From positions 18,712 through 82,711 of the forward strand of contig CANRJP010000001.1 in the NCBI GenBank assembly GCA_947630975.1: a DNA stretch of 64,000 bases, read 5' to 3'. The stretch is from an uncultured Clostridia bacterium. GTDB taxonomy: Bacteria > Bacillota > Clostridia > UMGS1883. The notes beneath the pieces were generated by a model. It worked only from the letters and a program-made list of their open reading frames with translations, did no database searches and was not told where the DNA came from. Position numbers and translations under genes: made by a program. Of the stretch, positions 27,757 through 35,964 are shown in pieces (the stretch's first letter is position 1; every line of letters starts with the position of its first letter).

Positions 27757-28175
27757 TTTTCCTCCACCATCTTTCTAACATCTTCATAAAACTTCAAAAC
27801 CTCCGGCGCGGCTGCTTTGGCGTCATCTCGCGTTCTAAAACAATTTCCCATGGCAATCAGCCCTATATCGATTTCGGTGCCAAAATATACGCGGCTATCA
27901 GTTATATATCCTTCGTCATCGATATGCTTTCTTAATACTGTCCAATATATTCCGCCCATCCCGGGCCGCCACGGCTTGCGGATGATTTCCGCTGCGCCGG
28001 TTAAAATGCGTATAAAGGTATTATCATAAACAAGTGAGTGTCCTCTGTCTAAAATATACGAAACCCCTTTCTCAGTCAACTTACATTTGCCGGGGCCTTT
28101 TCCTTTAATTTCAAAAAACTCATCCATCTCCAAGCCCAGCATTTTCGCGATTTCGGGCATATGGTTTTCATTCAT
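27753..28175 (-). CDS. phage hypothetical protein
   Basis: 140-aa ORF. Confidence 0.35.
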   Translation of the reverse strand: MNENHMPEIAKMLGLEMDEFFEIKGKGPGKCKLTEKGVSYILDRGHSLVYDNTFIRILTGAAEIIRKPWRPGMGGIYWTVLRKHIDDEGYITDSRVYFGTEIDIGLIAMGNCFRTRDDAKAAAPEVLKFYEDVRKMVEEK

Positions 28176-28599
28176 TGCCGCCCACCTCCAGAAGCTCTGG
28201 ATTATCGGTCACATTGCCTATAACAACAGCTTTGTCCTCCTCTATCCAGAAAAGCAAATCGTTGCGGATGTATTCAGTGTGGGGCCACTTGCCCCAATCT
28301 ACGTAAAAACCGATGTATTTGTTGCCGTCTGTTGTATTGTATATGCCAAATCGAACAACGCCGACAAAAGTCTCATTATATTGGTTGTATTCGATTATGT
28401 CCCCCTCGAAAACCATCCCGTAGTGCTTGTCCTTTAAGCCGCTCCACAGGCCAACGCTTTTGGGAAGAACATGATATTTGTCCCCGCAATCAGAGATAAT
28501 ATAGTGCATTGGGTCTATTACTCCGTCTTTTAAGTATAATCCGTATACCCATTCGTTCCGCCCGCCATGCTCCTTTCCCCTGAATAAATACTCAGCCAT
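28168..28599 (-). CDS. YopX-family phage protein
   Basis: The C-terminal VIGNVTDNPELLE motif is characteristic of the YopX family. Confidence 0.65.
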   Translation of the reverse strand: MAEYLFRGKEHGGRNEWVYGLYLKDGVIDPMHYIISDCGDKYHVLPKSVGLWSGLKDKHYGMVFEGDIIEYNQYNETFVGVVRFGIYNTTDGNKYIGFYVDWGKWPHTEYIRNDLLFWIEEDKAVVIGNVTDNPELLEVGGNE

Positions 28600-28855
28600 T
28601 GCCGCTCACCTCCATCTCTCTTCGCAGTCTCTCCAGCTCACTCAAAAACTTGTCCCAATCGAAAGCTGTTTCACGGTTGACTTTGATTGCGGTGGCAACC
28701 ATATCCGCTAATATTACTGCCTCTTTTTCAGGGGGAACGCGATCAGGATCCTTTATGAACAAATTCAATCCTGTACTTAATTCTACCGCAATATCGAGAG
28801 CAGTACCTTTTGTGTCGAAATATATCTTTCCTTTACGCGTCTTTATCTTTACCAT
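28592..28855 (-). CDS. phage hypothetical protein
   Basis: 87-aa ORF. Confidence 0.35.
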   Translation of the reverse strand: MVKIKTRKGKIYFDTKGTALDIAVELSTGLNLFIKDPDRVPPEKEAVILADMVATAIKVNRETAFDWDKFLSELERLRREMEVSGNG

Positions 28856-29175
28856 AAACTATCACCCTTCTTCATCTGCTTGGGAACAGCCTTTTTTAAA
28901 CTCCCATTGTTCAAGAAATAAAGAACTGTTCTTAATTGCATAGACTTGAATGTCTCAACGTGTTTTGTGCGCCCATACCACATAACCCACGTTTCATTAA
29001 TCAAGTCTTGAATATTGGTAATAGGCTCTCCGACTTCATATTTTCTTTGCGTCTTAAGATACTCTTTATGGAGTGGCAATTTCTTGCAATCAGAGCATTG
29101 TTTTGAGTATCCGTGCTCATGTCTGTTTCTATATATTGTGTGAAAAGAGCAAGACCTACATGGATTTTTTATCAT
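28849..29175 (-). CDS. Cys-rich phage protein
   Basis: 108 aa with CxxC…CxxC pairs near the N-terminus. Confidence 0.35.
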   Translation of the reverse strand: MIKNPCRSCSFHTIYRNRHEHGYSKQCSDCKKLPLHKEYLKTQRKYEVGEPITNIQDLINETWVMWYGRTKHVETFKSMQLRTVLYFLNNGSLKKAVPKQMKKGDSLW

Positions 29176-29504
29176 AAATATTTCTCCTCTTGACTTTTCC
29201 TTTTTTGTATGTTACAATGAAATCACAGATCATTTTAACCCTTTCAAACTTGGTCTTGTCCTCGAAGGTTGCACCCCTTCGGGGACTTTTTTGATTTGAT
29301 TTGATAACTTCTGTCCGTCGCTGCGGGTCACTAAAGGCTCGCCGTCGTCGCCGCAAGCTCGGTATCGCTTGTTCCGATTTAAAAAATCGGAACGTGGCTT
29401 ACCTCGCTGCGTCTCCTCTTCCCCAAAAACAACTTCGTTGTTTTCGGGGGCCCCTTGAGAGGGAAACACGCTTGCGGTGGATGAGGTGTAGGCCGCAAGG
29501 CCGT

Positions 29505-29732
29505 TCATACCACTTCTGCGCCGCAAAAACCGTCATAGTCGTACCCCTGCATCAGCGCCAGATTTTCCAGCACCCGGAACACCGAACCCCCGACCCTCGG
29601 CGAGATAAATGCGCTGTCCTCGCCGAGGGTCAAAATGCTGGCCGCCCGGAAGTCCGTCATGGGCAGCACGACGCAGGTCTCGGACACGTCGTCTCCCGCC
29701 CGCATTTTATATGTGATACAGACCTTTTTCAT
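29505..29732 (-). CDS. phage hypothetical protein
   Basis: 75-aa ORF with an ATGA overlap with the upstream gene. Confidence 0.35.
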   Translation of the reverse strand: MKKVCITYKMRAGDDVSETCVVLPMTDFRAASILTLGEDSAFISPRVGGSVFRVLENLALMQGYDYDGFCGAEVV

Positions 29733-30238
29733 GTTTTCATCACCTCACTTATTTTTTGTCGCTCTTCGCTCCTCCGGGCGTCGGCTTCAAATTGCTCTTT
29801 GGTCTTGAAAAACGAACACTTTTCCGGCTCCGTCTCGATCAATACCGTACACTTGCCGTCCTTCCATGCGAAGCACTCGCACCGCTCACAGACCGTTGAC
29901 CTATCCTCGGACTTCTTCGCGGCCACAATTTGGCGGTACCGTTCCATTGCCCGCTCCCGAATTATGCGGTCGGCACATTCCGGGCAGTATTTCAGCCGTG
30001 GTTTGTACGGCATTTCCTTTCCGCAGACGGCGCAGATGATAGTGTCCGGTATATCGGCCTTTAATTTTGCCCGTCTGGCGGCGCGGCGTTCGTCCCTGTG
30101 GTTTTCATAATATCGGCAATCCCTTTCATGCTTGGCCACTTCCCGGCACCCGTCGCACAGTTTCCGGCCCCTGTGGTAATATGTGAACACTTTTCCGCAC
30201 CGTTCGCAGGTTATCTCATACTCCTTACTCGCCGTCAT
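29729..30238 (-). CDS. multi-CxxC zinc-finger phage protein
   Basis: 169 aa with at least six CxxC pairs. Confidence 0.45.
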   Translation of the reverse strand: MTASKEYEITCERCGKVFTYYHRGRKLCDGCREVAKHERDCRYYENHRDERRAARRAKLKADIPDTIICAVCGKEMPYKPRLKYCPECADRIIRERAMERYRQIVAAKKSEDRSTVCERCECFAWKDGKCTVLIETEPEKCSFFKTKEQFEADARRSEERQKISEVMKT

Positions 30239-30425
30239 CGTCAGTTCCCGCCAACAAATAAATCATCACGCACACATACGCCATCACCGGGATCCCTGTC
30301 CACGGCCACCGGGCCACCATCGCGGGGATAACTCCAGCCAGCAGACACAGCGCCACCAGCATTGTACTCCCGGCCATGAGCCGCCAATTCTCGCCCTTAA
30401 GCCGCTGTCTGAGTTTTCTTATCAT
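30225..30425 (-). CDS. small membrane protein
   Basis: 66 aa with two hydrophobic helices. Confidence 0.35.
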   Translation of the reverse strand: MIRKLRQRLKGENWRLMAGSTMLVALCLLAGVIPAMVARWPWTGIPVMAYVCVMIYLLAGTDDDGE

Positions 30426-30431
30426 TATGTA

Positions 30432-30782
30432 TCACATCTCCCTATATTCTTTAAAAAACGCCATTGCCTGTGTGCCGCATTTTTTGGCTATGCCGACAAG
30501 CTCGTCTATCCGCCAAAATCCCGGCTCTCTCAGCCGCTGGTTCAGCGTGGGCAGACTTATATTCGCGGCCTTGCTGGCCTCTTCTTTTGTCACTCCGCTG
30601 ACCGCCAGCGCGATTTTCACGTTTCGGCTTATCCCGGCCTTGAAATCTTCTTCGGCCTTCTTTGCCGCGTCCTCGGCCTTCTGGTAAGGCAGTCTGTACG
30701 GTCTTGGCATAATTTTCACCTCCTTTGTGTTGATGTTTCCCCGAGCCCGACGCCAACCGGACCCGAGATATATTCGGTTCAT
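30432..30782 (-). CDS. HTH DNA-binding protein (early-region regulator)
   Basis: VSGVTKEEASKAANISLPTLNQRL is HTH-like. Possibly preceded by a 16-codon leader ORF with an RBS (AGGAGG-7-GTG) at 30786-30842. Confidence 0.4.
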   Translation of the reverse strand: MNRIYLGSGWRRARGNINTKEVKIMPRPYRLPYQKAEDAAKKAEEDFKAGISRNVKIALAVSGVTKEEASKAANISLPTLNQRLREPGFWRIDELVGIAKKCGTQAMAFFKEYREM

Positions 30783-30906
30783 GTACCGCTCACTCTGCCG
30801 CCGCTTCGATGGCGTCCAGCTCTTTATCGCTTATTTTCACCTCATCACCTCCTGTGACACCGCGTCCGATTAATGCTATACTCACCTCGAAGGGAGGTGA
30901 CTGATA

Positions 30907-31125
30907 ATGAAACACAAATACAATATGTCCAGCAAGTCGGATATGCGTCGTTTTCAGCGGGATCTGAAAAAAGATATAAAAGCGTCGGTCGTATCAGCAA
31001 TAGAAAGCGGCCTATATGATGTAACTTGTCCGAATTGCGGGGCTGTTGTAAAAGTTCCGGCAGGAAAAAGCAAGTGTCCATCATGCCGGGGAGAGATAAA
31101 CTTAGAGCTCGATGTTGACCTTTAA
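30907..31125 (+). CDS. small zinc-ribbon protein
   Basis: 72 aa with CPNCG…CPSC. Own promoter (TGTGACA-17-TATACT) and RBS GGGAGG. Confidence 0.45.
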   Translation: MKHKYNMSSKSDMRRFQRDLKKDIKASVVSAIESGLYDVTCPNCGAVVKVPAGKSKCPSCRGEINLELDVDL

Positions 31126-31269
31126 ATTTATCTCATTGTCGTGGGTCAATTCCTTCAGGAGGGAGTTGACCTCTTTCAATTTTTCGCTTATGGCGGACAG
31201 CTTCGCAAAAAGCTCGTCCACTTGTCCAGTGTTGACCTTAACTGTCGCCGGAATATTGATCTTATCCAC
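31102..31269 (-). CDS. small coiled-coil protein (GTG start)
   Basis: RBS AAGGAGG-7-GTG. The 55-aa product is VDKINIPATVKVNTGQVDELFAKLSAISEKLKEVNSLLKELTHDNEINLKVNIEL. The longer track ORF (to 31611) overlaps the + strand gene and was rejected. Confidence 0.35.
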   Translation of the reverse strand: MDKINIPATVKVNTGQVDELFAKLSAISEKLKEVNSLLKELTHDNEINLKVNIEL

Positions 31270-31344
31270 CTCATCACCTCCTTGACACCATTTCCAATTA
31301 ATGCTATGATAAATTGTTGAAATACAAAAAGGGGAGTGATCTTC

Positions 31345-31710
31345 ATGCCGGAGCCAACCGCCATTGATTATAAGGTGCTCGGCTTCATCGGTAGTTCCGT
31401 ATCGGTGAGCCGCGCTCAGATTGACAAAAAATTTAAAAAATATTCGCCGTCCATAGACGCCCGCATAAGCTTTTTGTCTTATGATATGGGCTATATTGCC
31501 GAAGATACCACCCAACGGATAAGCGGCGCCGGTGATATAACCGTCACTCATCTCGGCATATATCGCATTACCGAGCCCGGCGTCCGTGCCCTTCAGGACT
31601 ATCGCCGGCAAAAGCGTGAAAACACCCGCCGTTTTTGGATTCCAGTTGCAATATCGATAATTGCCGTGATAATTTCCGCGTGTTCCCTGTATGTCGCTAT
31701 TTGCAAATAA
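31345..31710 (+). CDS. membrane-anchored protein (C-terminal TM)
   Basis: Promoter TTGACA-17-TATGAT (31280-31308), then RBS GGGGAG. The C-terminus FWIPVAISIIAVIISACSLYVAICK is a TM helix. Confidence 0.45.
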   Translation: MPEPTAIDYKVLGFIGSSVSVSRAQIDKKFKKYSPSIDARISFLSYDMGYIAEDTTQRISGAGDITVTHLGIYRITEPGVRALQDYRRQKRENTRRFWIPVAISIIAVIISACSLYVAICK

Positions 31711-31824
31711 TTACTATTGCAAGTGAAAGCATCGCCATCGCCATTGAAAAAATTGCGCTGTACAACGGCAAATTAGGGTGCCGTTCATAAATTGGCCTGT
31801 AATCCTTTTCCTTTTTCATGTCTT

Positions 31825-32004
31825 TCACCTCCGTCCTCCCAACAAAAGCTTTACCGCCTCAGTGGCGCAGGCCTTCAGCTCATCGTCTGTCGGTATGCGC
31901 CACTTTGTCTCGCAAAAGTATAACACCGCCAACGTGCTTATGTACCATTTCAGGCTTGTTATCGCCAAAATGGCTATAACAATGCCGAGTAAAATGTATA
32001 TCAC
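31825..32004 (-). CDS. small membrane protein (GTG start; N-terminal extension to 32097 possible)
   Basis: RBS GGGGAGG-7-GTG. Product is VIYILLGIVIAILAITSLKWYISTLAVLYFCET…. Confidence 0.35.
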   Translation of the reverse strand: MIYILLGIVIAILAITSLKWYISTLAVLYFCETKWRIPTDDELKACATEAVKLLLGGRR

Positions 32005-32071
32005 CTCATCACCTCCCCTCGGGCGCCGTGCGCGTTTCATGCGCTCACGGCCCGCGGCCGCCCCTTGCGCC

Positions 32072-32245
32072 TTACGATGCCTTTTCTGTTTGGTCAATGT
32101 CCATAGCCCTTAAACCCGCTCGAAGCAATTCCCTTATAATTTCCGAGTATGACGAGCGACAAAATCTGTCTGTTTTCCTAAGATTAACTATCGCCTGTTC
32201 CATATCGTCAGTCAGGGAAATGCTCATTCTTTTTGATTCGTTCAT
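32072..32245 (-). CDS. ribbon-helix-helix (CopG/Arc-like) transcriptional regulator
   Basis: MSISLTDDMEQAIVNLRKTDRF…SEIIRELLRAGL resembles an RHH fold. Divergent from the + strand RHH-like gene. Confidence 0.5.
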   Translation of the reverse strand: MNESKRMSISLTDDMEQAIVNLRKTDRFCRSSYSEIIRELLRAGLRAMDIDQTEKAS

Positions 32246-32266
32246 AAAATGCACCTCTTTTTGTTA

Positions 32267-32345
32267 TATTTTTCACCATTGGTGAACTCTTAATAATATA
32301 ATATCACACCAGTGGTGAAATTTTTCTTGACATTTTTGGTGAATT
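32267..32345. promoter_or_regulatory. divergent promoter/operator region with three TCACCA-N-TGGTGA-type palindromes
   Basis: tcaccattggtga, caccagtggtg and ggtgaattggtg, overlapping TTGACA (32327)-17-TATATT of the + strand gene. Confidence 0.45.
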
Positions 32346-32386
32346 GGTGTATATTGTATTTAGGAGAAAAAAAGGAGGCAAAAATA

Positions 32387-32695
32387 ATGGGAACAAATCG
32401 ACCCAGATTTTCCGTCACCATGTCAGAGGAAATGTATCAACAAATCAATGATTTTTGGCACAGCAATAAGTTTCCTACACAAACTAAAGCCATAACAAAA
32501 ATCCTTGAGCTTGGGATTGCGGCCTTAGATCAGGCCGGAGAGGAAGCAAAAAAAGAACCGCCAATCTTTGTCAAAGACGGCAGTATGGCAATGTATGAAG
32601 CTCTTGATGAAATTGACCGCGCGGAAATCCGCGGGGAAATGAAGCAAATGCTCAGGGCCGATAAATACCAGCAAGACAGCGCAAAAATGGCTTAG
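32387..32695 (+). CDS. ribbon-helix-helix-like regulator
   Basis: RBS AAAGGAGG. The N-terminus MGTNRPRFSVTMSEEMYQQINDFW is a beta-strand then helix (Arc/MetJ-like). Acidic C-terminus. Confidence 0.45.
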   Translation: MGTNRPRFSVTMSEEMYQQINDFWHSNKFPTQTKAITKILELGIAALDQAGEEAKKEPPIFVKDGSMAMYEALDEIDRAEIRGEMKQMLRADKYQQDSAKMA

Positions 32696-32762
32696 TTGTT
32701 AAAGATGGAATAATATATTTGAATAAAAATTAAAAATAATATACGACGAAAGGAGTTTCCAA

Positions 32763-33701
32763 ATGTCGGACATTGATCTTAACGATTTCATACCGCCTAA
32801 AACCATTCAGCCTTTTGAGGCAGAGCTTTCATACGGACAATTGCGTATGCTTCACTATCTGGCCCCGATTTGTGAAAAAGAGATTCATCTGCCAAATTAT
32901 TTAATGCCATATATAAATGACGCCTATAGCCTTGTTTCGCTCGGCTATCTTGGCGAAGCTGACGCGGCTGTTTTTCTAAAAAGAATAACCGTCCCGGAGC
33001 TGAAAGCTTTTCTTCAGGAGCACGGACAATCTGTTGCCGGTAAAAAAGATGTCCTGATACAGAGAGTTATTTCTTATATCAGCGCCGAAGAAATTGCGGC
33101 CCATTTCCAAATGAATAAGTACTACACTGTCACCCCCGAAGGACAGGCCATGATGGAACAATATCCGAGAGAAGTGGTGTATGACGCTGAAATGCGAAAA
33201 ATACTCATTCCGATACAAAGAAGAATGAACAAAAGTATTTTGGAGGAAAATAGAGATTTTGCGATGGCAGACATAAAATTTCTTGGCAAATATAAACAAT
33301 ACGATCTTCCTGTAAAAGCCCTTGTTTTGGCTTATAATCAAGTCGCTACTGCATGGGACTTTACGTCCAATCGACAGCGCGACAAAATGACGGATATGTT
33401 TTCCTTGCTTTATGACGTTTCCGTACCGAACAATGTATTTTATCAAGTTAAGCGGTATCTTCATGCCATGACGGAGTTAAAAAAGTTGCCGAAAGATACT
33501 TCATTCTTAACATATACTTATACTATTCAGACGATGGGAGACCAACGAACCTGTACGCATTGTCAATATATGCAAGGGAAAATGTTCAACCTTAGGGACG
33601 CTCAAATTGGCGTAAACTATCCGCCTTTTTATGATTGCAAAAGCGACTTTTGCCGTTGCTTCGTTAGGATAGGCTTTGATACAAAGGCGGTGATAAAATG
33701 A
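32763..33701 (+). CDS. SAP-domain protein with a C-terminal MuF (Phage_Mu_F)-like Cys motif
   Basis: SAP-like helix-turn-helix ITVPELKAFLQEHGQSVAGKKDVLIQRVISYI. C-terminal DQRTCTHCQYMQGKMFNL…NYPPFYDC…CRCF parallels the MuF tail motif D.RT…H…GK.F…PP.H.NCRC, also seen in the 13898-15361 MuF protein (…DINCRCFVQY). Confidence 0.45.
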   Translation: MSDIDLNDFIPPKTIQPFEAELSYGQLRMLHYLAPICEKEIHLPNYLMPYINDAYSLVSLGYLGEADAAVFLKRITVPELKAFLQEHGQSVAGKKDVLIQRVISYISAEEIAAHFQMNKYYTVTPEGQAMMEQYPREVVYDAEMRKILIPIQRRMNKSILEENRDFAMADIKFLGKYKQYDLPVKALVLAYNQVATAWDFTSNRQRDKMTDMFSLLYDVSVPNNVFYQVKRYLHAMTELKKLPKDTSFLTYTYTIQTMGDQRTCTHCQYMQGKMFNLRDAQIGVNYPPFYDCKSDFCRCFVRIGFDTKAVIK

Positions 33702-33898
33702 AATTTGGCATCCGTACCCCCTCGCTGAAAAAATCCCTGAAAGCCCGTACCACAGGGAAACTCAAGCGGTCAATAAAAAAATCCCTTCTCCCCGGATACG
33801 GAAAGAAGGGCGCCGGCTGGGTAAAAAACCCGAAGAAAGCGGCCTATAACAAAATCTATAATAAGACCTCAAAAAGCATTTTCGATTTATTTAAGTAA
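33698..33898 (+). CDS. highly basic small protein (Lys-rich), translationally coupled partner
   Basis: ATGA overlap with the upstream gene. 66 aa with ~30% Lys/Arg. Confidence 0.4.
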   Translation: MKFGIRTPSLKKSLKARTTGKLKRSIKKSLLPGYGKKGAGWVKNPKKAAYNKIYNKTSKSIFDLFK

Positions 33899-34042
33899 CA
33901 AAGAGGAATTTGACCATATTCGCATACTCGGTAAGGCCGTCACGTTTTTGAGTGATGTGCGATAGGGGGAGTGACACAAAAGCACTTGACAATTTAATAA
34001 CTTTTAAGTATAATATATATTGAGTGGGAGGGAATGATATAG

Positions 34043-34408
34043 ATGTACTCGGTAAAATTCTATAAAGACGCCGTCGGCAGAGAGCCGCTGCGGGAATATT
34101 TGGAAGAATTGGGAAAAAGGCAGGACAAAGACAGCCGTATTAATTTCACAAAAATAAGAGATTATATCAGAACCCTCAGCGAATACGGCACCGGAGCCGG
34201 AGCGCCTTATGTGAAGCACCTGACCGGCGATATTTGGGAGCTGCGGCCACTCAGAAACCGTATATTATTCTTCGGGTATGACGGCAGCAGCTTTATATTG
34301 TTATCCCATTTTATAAAGAAAACTCAAAAGACCCCGCGCCGGGAAATAGACAATGCTGAGAGACTGATGAAGGACTATATCGAAAGGAGCAAAGAACATG
34401 AAAGATGA
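34043..34408 (+). CDS. type II TA toxin, phage Gp49-like/HigB-like (RelE superfamily)
   Basis: MYSVKFYKD…REPLREYL…IWELRPLRNRILFF…HFIKKTQKTPRREIDNA matches the Gp49-like (DUF891) toxin pattern. Confidence 0.65.
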   Translation: MYSVKFYKDAVGREPLREYLEELGKRQDKDSRINFTKIRDYIRTLSEYGTGAGAPYVKHLTGDIWELRPLRNRILFFGYDGSSFILLSHFIKKTQKTPRREIDNAERLMKDYIERSKEHER

Positions 34409-34748
34409 AGAATACACTAAGGCAATAGATAAGGCAAAGGCCAATTTGGCCGACATTCGCGAGCGCGGATCGGCGGCGATTGGCAGTGATGCACTGGAGT
34501 TCATGGATTCTCTTTTAACCCCCGAGGAAATAGCGGAAAGCAATTTGCGGGTCGCTCTTATAGGTGAAATTATCAATGCCCGCACGGAAAAAGGTATCAG
34601 TCAAAAAAGGCTTGAGGAACTCAGCGGCGTGAAACAGCCTATCATAGCCCGCATGGAGCGCGGTGCGACAAGCCCCCAGCTCGACACTGTGCTCAAGGTT
34701 CTTGCCCCTCTTGGTAAAACTCTGGCCGTTGTTCCCTTGGAAGGGTGA
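34398..34748 (+). CDS. XRE-family HTH antitoxin (HigA-like)
   Basis: Overlaps the toxin stop. HTH is ISQKRLEELSGVKQPIIARMERG. Confidence 0.65.
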   Translation: MKDEEYTKAIDKAKANLADIRERGSAAIGSDALEFMDSLLTPEEIAESNLRVALIGEIINARTEKGISQKRLEELSGVKQPIIARMERGATSPQLDTVLKVLAPLGKTLAVVPLEG

Positions 34749-34754
34749 TGTCAC

Positions 34755-34916
34755 ATGAAAAAAGAGGGGTTTATCAAGCGCCTTGTCCTTGCATGGGACC
34801 CGGATTTCACAAAGGTGACCCCCGAGGAGGCGGCTCAAATCGATGCCGCCGAAAAAAGCGGATATATATTCGACGAGGATATAGACTGGGATAATCTGTC
34901 GAAGTATGCCGAATAA
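34755..34916 (+). CDS. 53-aa small protein
   Basis: Start context gggtgatgtcacATGAAAAAAG is nearly identical to that of the 35965 ORF. Confidence 0.35.
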   Translation: MKKEGFIKRLVLAWDPDFTKVTPEEAAQIDAAEKSGYIFDEDIDWDNLSKYAE

Positions 34917-34974
34917 AGTCTTTCACAGCGCTGTAAGGTAGGGGGAAAAACTCTTAAAAATTTAATATTGAACT

Positions 34975-35090
34975 ATTGACAATTCCGTTGCTTTGTGATA
35001 CACTAATGGTGAAAAGAGATTTTATATAGCCCAGTTCTCACCACCTGAATCGAAAGGCCCGGAGTTGCAGCTCCGGGCCTTTCTTTTGGG
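34975..35090 (+). ncRNA. candidate small RNA
   Basis: TTGACA-17-TACACT promoter (34975-35003). ~85-nt transcript ending in GGCCCGGAG-ttgca-GCTCCGGGCC followed by ttctttt. No ORF longer than 7 codons. Confidence 0.3.
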
Positions 35091-35328
35091 CTTCGTCGGC
35101 TACTTCTTTCCGTCAAGCCACTTGCAGATATAATATGTAATTATACCCGCCGCGACGGAAATGAAAAGAGAGACGTATTATAGCATATTTCCCCACATTT
35201 GTAAATAGCTTCGTAAAATAAAAATTGTGCACCTGTGTTGGCACCATACTCAGTGATGTGCGGCAAGGATAAATACGTATTGACAAAATACGTATAATAT
35301 GATATTATAATTAACGGAGGGCTGCGTA

Positions 35329-35520
35329 ATGCCGCTGAAATCAAAAGATATTGAGAAAATAATCCTTGATGACGGCTGGGTCTTCAAGTCACAAACCGGC
35401 TCGCACCGTCATTATACACACCCCACAAAGCCGGGCAAGGTAACAATACCTTTTCACGGCGGTGATATACCAAAAGGAACCGAGCTCTCTATCCTGAAAC
35501 AGGCTGGACTGAAAAAATAG
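35329..35520 (+). CDS. hicA: HicA toxin (mRNA interferase)
   Basis: …SQTGSHRHYTHP…VTIPFHGGDIPKGTELSILKQAGL is the HicA signature. Confidence 0.8.
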   Translation: MPLKSKDIEKIILDDGWVFKSQTGSHRHYTHPTKPGKVTIPFHGGDIPKGTELSILKQAGLKK

Positions 35521-35532
35521 GAGGTATTGAAA

Positions 35533-35952
35533 ATGTTATACGCATATCCGGCATGCTTTATCAAAGAAGACTGCGGTTATTCCGTTATTTTTCCTGATCT
35601 GAACGATTTGGCTACCTGCGGTCAAACTCTTGACGAAGCCCTTTTGATGGCCGTGGACTGTCTCGCCGGTCACCTGTATTATCTTAAGAAGTCCGGCGAA
35701 GCGCTTCCTCCGGCTTCACCTGTCGGCAAAATAGATGTCCACGGTATTTTAAGCGATCTTTCCCTTTCGTCAAACGAAGCGTTTGTGAACGTGATTACCG
35801 TTGATGTTGAGGAATACGCGAGAAAGCATTTTGAAAAATCCGTAAAAAAGACTCTCACCATTCCGGCGTGGCTCAATACCGCGGCAATGGAGCATAACGT
35901 TAATTTTTCCCAGGTTCTTCAGGATGCGCTTAAGGAACGGCTGCATGTGTGA
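35533..35952 (+). CDS. hicB: HicB antitoxin
   Basis: RBS AGGAGG-8-ATG. N-terminal HicB RNase-H-like fold, C-terminal RHH (TLTIPAWLNTAAMEHNVNFSQVLQDALKERL). Confidence 0.75.
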   Translation: MLYAYPACFIKEDCGYSVIFPDLNDLATCGQTLDEALLMAVDCLAGHLYYLKKSGEALPPASPVGKIDVHGILSDLSLSSNEAFVNVITVDVEEYARKHFEKSVKKTLTIPAWLNTAAMEHNVNFSQVLQDALKERLHV

Positions 35953-35964
35953 GGGTGATGTAAT

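Noticed and set aside
29156-29526. 66-aa and 98-aa minus-strand ORFs
   Set aside because: Arg/Ser/Gly-rich, within a region dense in hairpins and a promoter/terminator unit. Treated as non-coding.
31102-31611. 169-aa minus-strand ORF as given in the track
   Set aside because: Its upstream two-thirds overlap the well-supported + strand gene 31345-31710 (own promoter and RBS). Only the 3' 55-codon part, with an AGGAGG-GTG start, was retained.
31778-32113. 111-aa + strand ORF
   Set aside because: Overlaps the minus-strand small membrane protein, which has a consensus RBS. The + strand translation is not protein-like.
35141-35344. 67-aa minus-strand ORF
   Set aside because: Antisense across the hicA promoter/operator region. 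Low-complexity translation.
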